The position numbers were made by a program, and so were the translations under genes. A stretch of 32,000 bases of DNA, from the NCBI GenBank assembly GCA_030668875.1, contig DAOVER010000002.1, forward strand, positions 78,706-110,705. Direction: 5' to 3'. The notes beneath the pieces were generated by a model that worked only from the letters and a program-made list of their open reading frames with translations, was not told where the DNA came from and did no database searches. Within the stretch, counting starts at the first letter, position 1; each line of letters starts with the position of its first letter. Origin of the DNA: Candidatus Heimdallarchaeota archaeon (GTDB lineage Archaea; Asgardarchaeota; Heimdallarchaeia; Heimdallarchaeales; Heimdallarchaeaceae). This document shows positions 16,788 to 25,494 of the stretch, piece after piece.

Positions 16788-18545
16788 ATGAATACAAAAG
16801 CAAAAATTGAAAGTGCTTTAGGAAAAATTAAAGCTGATATTATACTTAAGGGTGGGTTAGTAGCCAATGTTTTAACCAAGGAGATGCTTGAATCTGATGT
16901 TGTTATAACAGCTGGTTACATCAGCCATGTAGGAAAAGATACAGCTGATTTTGAAGACAAAAAGACTAGGATTATCGATTTAGAAGGAAAAATAATCTGT
17001 CCTGGGTTGATCGAATCTCATATTCATGTAGAATCTTCTATGTTATCTATAACGCAATTTTCAAGAGCTGTTATTCCTCATGGAACAACCACTTGTGTTA
17101 TCGATCCACATGAACTTGCTAATGTGGTAGGCGTTCAAGGACTAGAAGTTTTCCTAAAGCAAGCTAAGAAGTCACCTATTCGATTTTTGGTCGAAGCTCC
17201 TTCATGTGTCCCCTCTTTACCCGGATTTGAAACTTCTGGGGCAGAACTGAATTCTGCAACTATTGAAAAATTAATGGAACGAGAAGATATTTTTGCATTA
17301 GCAGAGATGATGAACTATCCCGGTGTATTGTATGCTGATAAGGAAGTCTTAGCAAAAATTGATACAGCAAAAAATGCTGGAAAGCTAATTGAAGGACATG
17401 CTCCTCTCCTAAACGGGAAAGAATTGCAAGCTTACATTGCTGCTGGAATATCTTCTGATCATGAAGCCTCTAGTGGAGAAGAAATTCTTGAAAAATTACG
17501 TTTAGGAATGAAGATACAACTAAGAGAAGGTTCCTTTGCTAAAGATTTATCGAATGTAGTTCACGAATTAAAAGAAATGGAAATTGATACTAGAAATATA
17601 ATGATCGCATCAGATGACCGGAATCCTGTTGATTTACTAGAGAAAGGTCATCTTGATTATTCTTTTAGATTAGCTGTTAACGCTGGTATGAACCCTATGA
17701 CAGTTCTACAAATGCTTACTATTAACCCTGCTACTCACTTAGGAATGGACAATGAAATTGGTTCTATTGCTCCAGGAAAAGTAGCTGATTTGATCATTGT
17801 TGATAATTTAAAGGATTTTAACTTAATTACTACTATAGTTGAAGGTCAGATTCTTTTTGAGGAAGGAGAACTTAAGCTGAAACCTAAGTCTGAGAGGTAT
17901 CCTAAATTTGTTGTTAATACTATGTTCAATTTAGAAATCCCTCAGTTAGCAGACATTATGTTTATGGTTCCTGAGAAAGAAAAAGTGAGAGTGCGAACAA
18001 TTGGAATAAATGAGCATTCTCTTATTACTGATCATTTGGTTTCAGAACTAGAAGTCGTGGATAAATTTATTGTTCCAGATTTAGAAAATGATGTTCTACC
18101 AGTAATAGTTATTAATCGGCATACGAGTGAGAAATACATTGGAAAAGGATTTTTGAAGGGTTTAGGGATAAAAAATGGTGCGGTTGCTAGTACGGTTGCT
18201 CATGATTGTCATCAGCTAATATGTGTTGGTACCGATTACAATATGATGATTGAAGCTATTTGGGAATTAAAAGACTCTAATGGTGGATTAGTTGTTGTCA
18301 CAGAAGAAGAGAATACAGTTTTACCATTAGAATTCGCTGGAATTATGAGTGTAAAGACATATGAAGAAGTTATAGTTGATTTCAAGCTTCTAGAAGAGGC
18401 TTTAGAAAAACTAACCCCTAAAATATCTGAGCCTTTTATGGCTTTAGCTTTTGTTGCATTGCCCGTTATACCTCACTTGAAAATTACAGATCAAGGATTA
18501 GTGGATGTTGATGAATTTGCACTAACTGATGTTATAACCGAGTAA
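16788..18545 (+). CDS. ade: Adenine deaminase (binuclear amidohydrolase type)
   Basis: ESHIHVESS, DPHE, EMMNYP, EGHAP, SDHE, REGS, SDD, AHDCH, LPVIPHLKITD. Probable ATG at 16788 (track start is TTG 16761). Confidence 0.95.
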   Translation: MNTKAKIESALGKIKADIILKGGLVANVLTKEMLESDVVITAGYISHVGKDTADFEDKKTRIIDLEGKIICPGLIESHIHVESSMLSITQFSRAVIPHGTTTCVIDPHELANVVGVQGLEVFLKQAKKSPIRFLVEAPSCVPSLPGFETSGAELNSATIEKLMEREDIFALAEMMNYPGVLYADKEVLAKIDTAKNAGKLIEGHAPLLNGKELQAYIAAGISSDHEASSGEEILEKLRLGMKIQLREGSFAKDLSNVVHELKEMEIDTRNIMIASDDRNPVDLLEKGHLDYSFRLAVNAGMNPMTVLQMLTINPATHLGMDNEIGSIAPGKVADLIIVDNLKDFNLITTIVEGQILFEEGELKLKPKSERYPKFVVNTMFNLEIPQLADIMFMVPEKEKVRVRTIGINEHSLITDHLVSELEVVDKFIVPDLENDVLPVIVINRHTSEKYIGKGFLKGLGIKNGAVASTVAHDCHQLICVGTDYNMMIEAIWELKDSNGGLVVVTEEENTVLPLEFAGIMSVKTYEEVIVDFKLLEEALEKLTPKISEPFMALAFVALPVIPHLKITDQGLVDVDEFALTDVITE

Positions 18546-18620
18546 TGTGATTAAATTAATTTAAGAAAATCAACACTTTCTTTCCACAAAATTTTTATCT
18601 CATTTATCTTGAAGTTAATA

Positions 18621-19340
18621 ATGACAAAATTACTCTTTCAAGATGATTCTTACATCAAGAATTTCGAGGCAGAAATCAAAGAAATTGTTGAAGATACAGT
18701 TGTTCTAAATCAAACGGCTTTTGCTTATCGTGGAGGTGGTTTACAAAGTGACACAGGCTATCTAGAAACAACTTCGGGTGAGAAATATGAACTGATAGAA
18801 GCATATTTCAAAGGGGGTAAAGTGTTACATAAACTCTCACCAACTCCTCAAAAGAGTTTGTTAAACCAGAAAGTTTCTTGTTCAATAAACTGGGATGCAC
18901 GTTATAGACAAATGAGGATGCATACTGCTCTTCATGCATTATCTGGAATACTATTCAAAAAATATGGCTCTACAGTTACAGGAGGAAATATAACTCCTGA
19001 GAAAAGCAGAGTGGATTTTGAAATTGATCATTTAAGACAAGAAAGAGTCGAGGAAATCGTAAAAGAAATTAATGAAATTCTGGTTGGAGACCACCCTGTT
19101 TCTGTTTCATATATGAAACGTGAAGAAGCTCTGATAATTCCTGATTTAATTAGAACGAAAGTGAATTTGATTCCAGAGCGTGTCAAAACACTCAGAATTG
19201 TTGAGATAAAAGGAGTGGATATGCAAGCAGACGGGGGAGTACACGTTGCTAATACAAATGAAATTGGAGAGTTTGTTTCACTTAAATCGGAAAATAGAGG
19301 TAAGAATAATAAAAGGCTATATTTCACAGTAAAACCCTAA
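18621..19340 (+). CDS. alaXM: Alanyl-tRNA editing protein AlaX-M
   Basis: QTAF...GGG(L)QSDTG, MRMHTALH (HxxxH), RVDF, QADGGVHV. Probable ATG at 18621. Confidence 0.93.
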   Translation: MTKLLFQDDSYIKNFEAEIKEIVEDTVVLNQTAFAYRGGGLQSDTGYLETTSGEKYELIEAYFKGGKVLHKLSPTPQKSLLNQKVSCSINWDARYRQMRMHTALHALSGILFKKYGSTVTGGNITPEKSRVDFEIDHLRQERVEEIVKEINEILVGDHPVSVSYMKREEALIIPDLIRTKVNLIPERVKTLRIVEIKGVDMQADGGVHVANTNEIGEFVSLKSENRGKNNKRLYFTVKP

Positions 19341-19433
19341 AAAATCAGGATTGAAAGGGGATTAACCAAAATCTTTTAAAATGTGTGTTATTGAACGATA
19401 AAACGAGAATATTAAAAGGAAATTGGGATATAC

Positions 19434-20303
19434 ATGAAAAAAAATAAATTGTTCGGGATATTATCAATTCTAACTTTCACGATTATGATATTTGCTAATG
19501 CATCACAAGGAGTTGCAATGTATCAACAAGCCTCGAATGTCTCAAGCACAACGGAAGATTTTTATGAAAGAATCGTTGCACCTGAAACTTTCAATGTGAC
19601 ATTCCTTAATGATGTTACATATGATCCAAGTATAAAAAAAGATGCTAAAATAAAATGGAAAGTACAAGACTTTGAAAGAACTGATGATTTTAATATAGCT
19701 GAAGGAGACAAAAACCTAAAAAATGGGGATACTATAATCCTTCAAATTGGTTCAGACCCCTATTTACAATTACCCAATGTTGAAGCATGGTGTCAAATAT
19801 ATATAAACGATGTAATGGCTCGTTATGATCCCACCAGCCTTCAGGTTTTAGCGGTCTTTAAATATACTCTACCAATAACCTTGGATTTCTATGAACATGG
19901 TGTTAATTATACTGAGGAAAGCTATTTCTATTACCTTGAAAATTCTACTGCAGTTGATCGAACTTACTGGACATTTGAAGAAAAAAAGGTAATTTATAAC
20001 TATACATCCATAACTGAAGTAAATAATGTGACTGATATTTCTATGGTTTATGATAGGGAATCTGGTTTAATGGACCAACTGTTTTATTCAGCACGTTTCA
20101 TAAATGGAACAGGTCACTTTTCAGGAGCAAACTTTACCTTAACTAGAACACATGGTTGGGGACTAGCCTATAACATAAGCACATTAGTTGTCTGGATTCC
20201 AATAATGATCGTTATAATTGGATTAATTGTTGCTATACGCATTCATCTATTCCAAAGAATTAAACTATATATTGAAGCAAGAAAGATTGTAAGAAAAGAA
20301 TAA
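19434..20303 (+). CDS. Secreted/surface glycoprotein with C-terminal TM anchor
   Basis: Signal peptide, multiple N-x-S/T sequons (NVS, NVT, NYT, NST, NGT, NFT), C-terminal TM and basic tail. Confidence 0.8.
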   Translation: MKKNKLFGILSILTFTIMIFANASQGVAMYQQASNVSSTTEDFYERIVAPETFNVTFLNDVTYDPSIKKDAKIKWKVQDFERTDDFNIAEGDKNLKNGDTIILQIGSDPYLQLPNVEAWCQIYINDVMARYDPTSLQVLAVFKYTLPITLDFYEHGVNYTEESYFYYLENSTAVDRTYWTFEEKKVIYNYTSITEVNNVTDISMVYDRESGLMDQLFYSARFINGTGHFSGANFTLTRTHGWGLAYNISTLVVWIPIMIVIIGLIVAIRIHLFQRIKLYIEARKIVRKE

Positions 20304-20436
20304 TAATCTCTCTCCTTTTGATTTTGTTTTATTTTACACTTTATTGTTATTTCCATTTTTATTAATTTTTCAACAAAAACGAAAACATTAAAAGCAAAAA
20401 AGACAGTTTTTTTATTCCAAAAGAAAATTATATAAT

Positions 20437-20455
20437 AAACTACCTTAGATAGTTT
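20437..20455. promoter_or_regulatory. Inverted repeat AAACTA-N7-TAGTTT upstream of AMP phosphorylase
   Basis: Perfect 6-bp palindrome 20 nt before the ATG, inside a 170-bp AT-rich intergenic region. Confidence 0.3.
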
Positions 20456-20474
20456 TTATTGGAAAGGGATAATT

Positions 20475-21998
20475 ATGCCTAATTTAAAAATCCAAAAAAT
20501 TGATATTAATATAGAACGTTCTTTAGCATTTGTTAATGCTAAGACACTAGATAAATTTAAAATTCAACATTCTACTAATGTTAAGATTAAAAGCGAAAAC
20601 TCTGAAGTTATGGGTGAAATAATTTCCACTGAGACTCTGGTTGAACCAGGTTTTGTTGGTCTCTCTGGGGAGCTTATAACAAAATTAATGAGTAAAGAAA
20701 ATAAGAAAGTAAGTGTTTTCACTAGAAAAAGACCAGCATCACTTGAACATGTTAAAAATAAGCAACTAGGGAAAATTTGGACAGAAAGCCAAATTCGATC
20801 AATTGTTAGTGATATTTGTGTTGGTCAATATACAGACTTAGAACTCTCCATGTTCACACTTGCTCAATACTATAAAGGACTGGAAATGAATGAAATCCAA
20901 TATTTAACACAATCTATGGCTGAATTTGGAACAACTATAGATTTTGATGAACCAGTGTATGACAAACACTCTATTGGGGGAATTCCTGGAAATAAAGTTT
21001 CACTAATTATAGTTCCAACTGTTGCAGCAGCTGGACTATTGATACCAAAAACTAGCTCCCGCGCAATCACATCTCCAAGTGGAACAGCTGATACAATGGA
21101 AGTTCTATGTGATGTGAATTTTTCCTCAGATGAGATTTTAGAAATAGCTCCCAAAGTACGGGGTATGCTTGTTTGGGGAGGTACTTTAGATTTATCACCT
21201 CTAGATGAAATTGTAATTCATAAAGTTGAACAACCGCTTGGTATTGATCCTCATAGTCAAATGTTAGCAAGTATCTTCAGTAAGAAAGTTTCTACTGGAG
21301 TTGATCATCTAGTATTAGACATTCCTACGGGCACTGGGTCAAAAATGCCAACAAGAGAAGAGGCTATTCAATATGCCCAAGAGTCTACTGAATTAGGAAG
21401 AAGACTCGGAATTCATATCGAAGCTGCCTTGAGTTACGGAGAACAACCACTTGGAAAAGCTGTTGGTCCAGCTTTAGAAGCCAGAGAAGCATTAGATGTT
21501 CTTCTTAGTAAAGGACCTACAAGTGTCTATGAAAAAAGTAATGAACTTTCCGGAATACTTTTTGAAATGGCTGGTCTAGCTCCCGCAGGTCAAGGAGCAT
21601 CCTTAGCTGCTGAATTTATTACAAAAGGTAAAGCAAAAGCAAAAATGGAAGAAATTCTAGCCGTTCAAGGAGGAAACCCCAATATTACGTCAGAAGAAGT
21701 TGAAGTTGGGGAATACACCGTAGAGGTCCTAGCACCTAAAGATGGATATATTGTAAAACTTTCCAACGTTGCTATTAAGAAAATAGCTTATGCTGCGGGA
21801 ACCCCAAGCCACAAAAAAGCTGGTGTCTATCTTCATAAGAAAGGTGGAGATTTCTGCAAAAAGGACGATAAATTAATGACTATATATTCTGATAGTGAAG
21901 GAAGACTTACCGAAGCGTTAAACCTTGCAACAAATTTGGCTCCTTATGTATTGGAAGGCATGATTTTAAAGAGAATATCTTCAGGACCCAAATTATAG
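20475..21998 (+). CDS. deoA: AMP phosphorylase (archaeal thymidine-phosphorylase family)
   Basis: DKHSIGGIPGNK, KTSSRAITSPSGTAD, SKK; 507 aa with the ~85-aa N-terminal extension typical of AMP phosphorylase. Confidence 0.93.
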   Translation: MPNLKIQKIDINIERSLAFVNAKTLDKFKIQHSTNVKIKSENSEVMGEIISTETLVEPGFVGLSGELITKLMSKENKKVSVFTRKRPASLEHVKNKQLGKIWTESQIRSIVSDICVGQYTDLELSMFTLAQYYKGLEMNEIQYLTQSMAEFGTTIDFDEPVYDKHSIGGIPGNKVSLIIVPTVAAAGLLIPKTSSRAITSPSGTADTMEVLCDVNFSSDEILEIAPKVRGMLVWGGTLDLSPLDEIVIHKVEQPLGIDPHSQMLASIFSKKVSTGVDHLVLDIPTGTGSKMPTREEAIQYAQESTELGRRLGIHIEAALSYGEQPLGKAVGPALEAREALDVLLSKGPTSVYEKSNELSGILFEMAGLAPAGQGASLAAEFITKGKAKAKMEEILAVQGGNPNITSEEVEVGEYTVEVLAPKDGYIVKLSNVAIKKIAYAAGTPSHKKAGVYLHKKGGDFCKKDDKLMTIYSDSEGRLTEALNLATNLAPYVLEGMILKRISSGPKL

Positions 21999-22025
21999 TG
22001 CTTAGTCCTCTAAATCATTTTTTTC

Positions 22026-22484
22026 CTATTTTTCCTTTTTCAAAACCATTCTATGCATATAGAGACTTTGATCAAAAAAGGAGATATTAAAACCCACTTT
22101 TTGCCAGAAAGGAGAAACAAAGGGGGAACAACATAATTGAACTGTATCGTTATTAATAATATCTCGAACTAGGATTTCAGCACTTATTTGTCCAATCCCT
22201 TTTCTTCTCATATCTTCACGAACTTCAAATACGTAAATTATAGGACATCCTATTGACATAAAGATGCTTTCTGTATTTGGGTCATCAGGAATTACAGCAG
22301 TAACTGCAACAATTTCCTCATTCTGAAAGAATCCATAACATTTGATTTCTTCATCAAAGAACATTCGATAGGATGTGAAAAATGGAAAAGCATGCGCTGG
22401 AACATCATCAAAATCAATTAAATGAACTATAATTTCATCGCTTTTCGTTTCATCGTTGTTCATGAGTCTGTTTATCATTGGCAT
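22026..22484 (-). CDS. GNAT-family N-acetyltransferase
   Basis: Motif A IYVFEVREDMRRKGIG; PFWQKVGF motif B. Confidence 0.8.
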   Translation of the reverse strand: MPMINRLMNNDETKSDEIIVHLIDFDDVPAHAFPFFTSYRMFFDEEIKCYGFFQNEEIVAVTAVIPDDPNTESIFMSIGCPIIYVFEVREDMRRKGIGQISAEILVRDIINNDTVQLCCSPFVSPFWQKVGFNISFFDQSLYMHRMVLKKEK

Positions 22485-22602
22485 TTGGTTTTAAAAAAAT
22501 TTGTCATTGTCCAAACATTCGTCGACCTTTACAATTGTTAGTTCAAATCAAGCGGAAGATTTTTTATTAATAGCATCATTTATTTTTGTTAAAGGGATTT
22601 CT

Positions 22603-23808
22603 ATGTCTGGATTTGGTAACGTCGAAAATGCAATGTTTGGAAAATCTATTTTCAAAAGCGAATCTACTCTTTATCCTGAGTATGTGCCAATAGAATTACC
22701 TACTAGAGAAGAAGAAATAGAAAGATTAGTAAGAAACTTTAGATCCTTACTAGGGCAAGAGGGATCCTTCTCTGTAAACGTTGCTATTGTAGGAGACGCA
22801 GGAATGGGGAAAACTGCTTTATGTAAATATACAATGAAACGGTTCGAAGAAGCAGCTAATAATAGGAATATCAATGTAAAATTTCTTTATTATAATTGCC
22901 ATTCATTTCGAAGTAAAACAGCTATCCTAAGAAATATCCTTTCCGAGCATTTCCATATTCAATCCCGTGGATTTAGCGATGAAGAAATTCTCGACATGTT
23001 AGTTAAACGATTAACTAGGGAGAGAATACGTCTGATTATTGGAATTGACGAAGCTAATATGCTTAACTCTGAAGACATCTTAAGCATCTTCCATGCAGGT
23101 GAGTATTTTGGTTCCGAACAATCAATGATATCAACAATTGTGATTTCAAGACCCATTGAGTGGCGTTCATTATTGAACGTGCCATTGTCAGGACATATTC
23201 ATGATCAGATTGATCTACCTGGATATAATAGGGATAACTTACTCCAGATACTAGAATATAGAGCTCAGACTGCGCTATATCCCACTTCCTATTCTGATGA
23301 AACCCTTAATTTGATAGCGGATATATGTGCATCCTCTCAAAATGCTAGACACGGATTAGAAATTCTATATCGTTCAGGTAAACTTGCTGATCTTAAACAT
23401 GAATCATTCATCAACCCTGAGTATATTCGTGCTGCAAGAGCTGATGTTTATCCTGAATTACGTAGAGATGTGTTAAAAGATTTAAGACAACATGAGCTAC
23501 TTGCAGCTTTAAGTGTCGCACGAAAACTTTCTATAAAAGGGATTACATCGACTACTGTTGACGATAGTTACGAAAGCTATGTTCTTTGTTGTGAAGAATA
23601 CGGGGAAGAAACAAGAGGTAAATCCACTTTTAGAAGTGCTGTGGAAACTTTGCACAAAGTAGGAATTATCGGAAAAACTGTGGGACCTATAGAAGAAGGA
23701 AAACGAGGAAGGAGAGCAAAAATAACTACTTTTGATATTCCTGCAACGGTACTAGTGGAAAGGATACATAATATCCTATCTAAATCCAAAGATTATTACA
23801 AGATCTAA
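22603..23808 (+). CDS. cdc6: Orc1/Cdc6-family replication initiator
   Basis: LYPEYVP.ELPTREEE, Walker A GDAGMGKT, Walker B IGIDE, YRA...LY, NARHGLEIL, C-terminal wHTH (GKRGR). Probable ATG at 22603 (track start is TTG 22501). Confidence 0.93.
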   Translation: MSGFGNVENAMFGKSIFKSESTLYPEYVPIELPTREEEIERLVRNFRSLLGQEGSFSVNVAIVGDAGMGKTALCKYTMKRFEEAANNRNINVKFLYYNCHSFRSKTAILRNILSEHFHIQSRGFSDEEILDMLVKRLTRERIRLIIGIDEANMLNSEDILSIFHAGEYFGSEQSMISTIVISRPIEWRSLLNVPLSGHIHDQIDLPGYNRDNLLQILEYRAQTALYPTSYSDETLNLIADICASSQNARHGLEILYRSGKLADLKHESFINPEYIRAARADVYPELRRDVLKDLRQHELLAALSVARKLSIKGITSTTVDDSYESYVLCCEEYGEETRGKSTFRSAVETLHKVGIIGKTVGPIEEGKRGRRAKITTFDIPATVLVERIHNILSKSKDYYKI

Positions 23809-24038
23809 TTGACACAAATCATTGTCATCGAATTCTTAACGCCCTCGATAATGATATTATTGTTCAAAACTTGATTCTTCAATTCATCCATTGATTCAAA
23901 TTCAATTTTAACAATAAGATCATAAATGCCGTAAACAGCATAAACTTCTTTGACCTCTTTCATTTCGTGTAACCCATCTTGAACGGCTTCAAGCATTCCC
24001 TGTTGAACATTAAGCAAGATGTATGCAGCTTGTGTCAT
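23805..24038 (-). CDS. Stand-alone Lrp/AsnC ligand-binding (RAM) domain protein
   Basis: AYILLNV...VKEVYAVYGIYDLIVKIE...GVKNSMTMI; no HTH. ATG at 24038 (track start is GTG 24047). Confidence 0.88.
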   Translation of the reverse strand: MTQAAYILLNVQQGMLEAVQDGLHEMKEVKEVYAVYGIYDLIVKIEFESMDELKNQVLNNNIIIEGVKNSMTMICVN

Positions 24039-24179
24039 TGTAATCACTCTTATGTTTCAGCTGTTCTTTTATTGATGAGTTTAAAAAACCTAACATAAGT
24101 ACAGTAGTTTTTATGCTAATAACAGCAAATACTAATCTCTGTCAATTTCGTGTGCATATAAGTAAAAAAAGGAATAACT

Positions 24180-25490
24180 CTAAGTTATTCGTAATTTTGC
24201 TTTACAAGCGGGGCAATCTCCGCTTATTTTCAGCCATTCATACAAGTGATTTTTGTGATATGCAATATCGCAAGAGGGGCAACGGATGATATCTTCTGGT
24301 TTATGTATTATCTGAAGACAAATCGAACAGGTTATCTTAACATCAGAATCTGTAGAAAGATTATATTCAGGTGTTGCAACTCTAAAATTAACAGGATAAT
24401 AGGTTTCAGGTGAATATGTTACGGTGTTATTTCTTAATGTGATATATTTATTAGACGCAACATTAATTTTACTGTCTTTCTTTTTATTTTTTACAGATCT
24501 GATTGCAACCCAAAAAATTGTTGTGGTACATATGAATAGATAAGCAACGATGAGAATGTACTTCACGGTGTTTATAGGATTGTACGGAGGGATGGGGGGT
24601 ATTGGATCAGGAATGATTACTTCCAATTTTTCCCATAGAAAACTTTGATGGGAATGAAACAAATCAAGTGGAATTTCATCTATATCTACTTCTCCAATTG
24701 AGAGAAAGATTCTAGCCGTATTCTCTAATTGCTCATGATCATAGAATAGCTTGAAGTTTACTAAAGTGTCATTTCTATCAATGGGACAATTGAAACTTAT
24801 TTTATACCATTGCTGAGGTTTCAAACCTTCTTCAAAGTTCAATGTTTCTACAATATTTCTTTCATAACTAAAATTTCCTACAAAGTTTTCATATATTTGA
24901 TTATCAATTGTTCCAAATGAAACAGAATACTCTATATCTGTCCACTCTTGAGTATTCAATTTTATGACCATCTTATCGATGCTAGAATAATATTCTGCAA
25001 AACGTTCAATTCCAAAATAGATATTTTCTAGGTTATTTATTGTTATGTCATAGGTCCATATTGGAATATTATTTTCAACTTGCCAACGGAAGTCAACTGT
25101 ATCAATGTTGAGTACAGAAAATGCAATCTGATAAACTCCTGTAAGAGTAAGTTCTGAAGTGAAGTGATGTTCTACCTCATCACCATATAAAATTAACCAA
25201 CTTTTTACAACATCTTCAGTAATGTCATCTATGATCTCAATAAGCAATCCTTGGTATTTTGATGATCCTACTGTGTTATGCCAAGTATCACATTGAACAT
25301 CAAAATTCAATTCTTCTCCATCCGCAAAAACATAAGCTAGAGAATTGTTGTGTTCATAATCCACTCTTTTGAAAAAAAACTCTCCAATTTCATCAATTTG
25401 GTCGTTTGCTTCTAATGGACGCACATTAATGAATACCACTAATAATAGTGTCGCTATAAAAAGAAAGGAAAGGTATTTTGACGGTTTCAT
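24180..25490 (-). CDS. Type I membrane protein with cytoplasmic RING finger (putative E3 ligase)
   Basis: Signal peptide, ~280-aa beta-rich ectodomain, Pro-rich stalk, TM (YILIVAYLFICTTTIFWVAI), C-terminal CSIC-x12-CPSC-x4-H-x2-H(L)YEWL-x5-CPAC. Confidence 0.85.
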   Translation of the reverse strand: MKPSKYLSFLFIATLLLVVFINVRPLEANDQIDEIGEFFFKRVDYEHNNSLAYVFADGEELNFDVQCDTWHNTVGSSKYQGLLIEIIDDITEDVVKSWLILYGDEVEHHFTSELTLTGVYQIAFSVLNIDTVDFRWQVENNIPIWTYDITINNLENIYFGIERFAEYYSSIDKMVIKLNTQEWTDIEYSVSFGTIDNQIYENFVGNFSYERNIVETLNFEEGLKPQQWYKISFNCPIDRNDTLVNFKLFYDHEQLENTARIFLSIGEVDIDEIPLDLFHSHQSFLWEKLEVIIPDPIPPIPPYNPINTVKYILIVAYLFICTTTIFWVAIRSVKNKKKDSKINVASNKYITLRNNTVTYSPETYYPVNFRVATPEYNLSTDSDVKITCSICLQIIHKPEDIIRCPSCDIAYHKNHLYEWLKISGDCPACKAKLRIT

Positions 25491-25494
25491 TTTA

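Noticed and set aside
22485-22602. Replication origin immediately upstream of cdc6
   Set aside because: Only ~118 bp, shared with the divergent GNAT promoter; no convincing ORB pair or G-string (best match TCAAGCGGAAG, with 2 mismatches in the TCCA-N3-GAAA core).
6079-23808. Convergent stop-codon overlaps (wecB/TSUP 6079-6084; cdc6/RAM 23805-23808)
   Set aside because: Ordinary compaction in gene-dense archaeal genomes.
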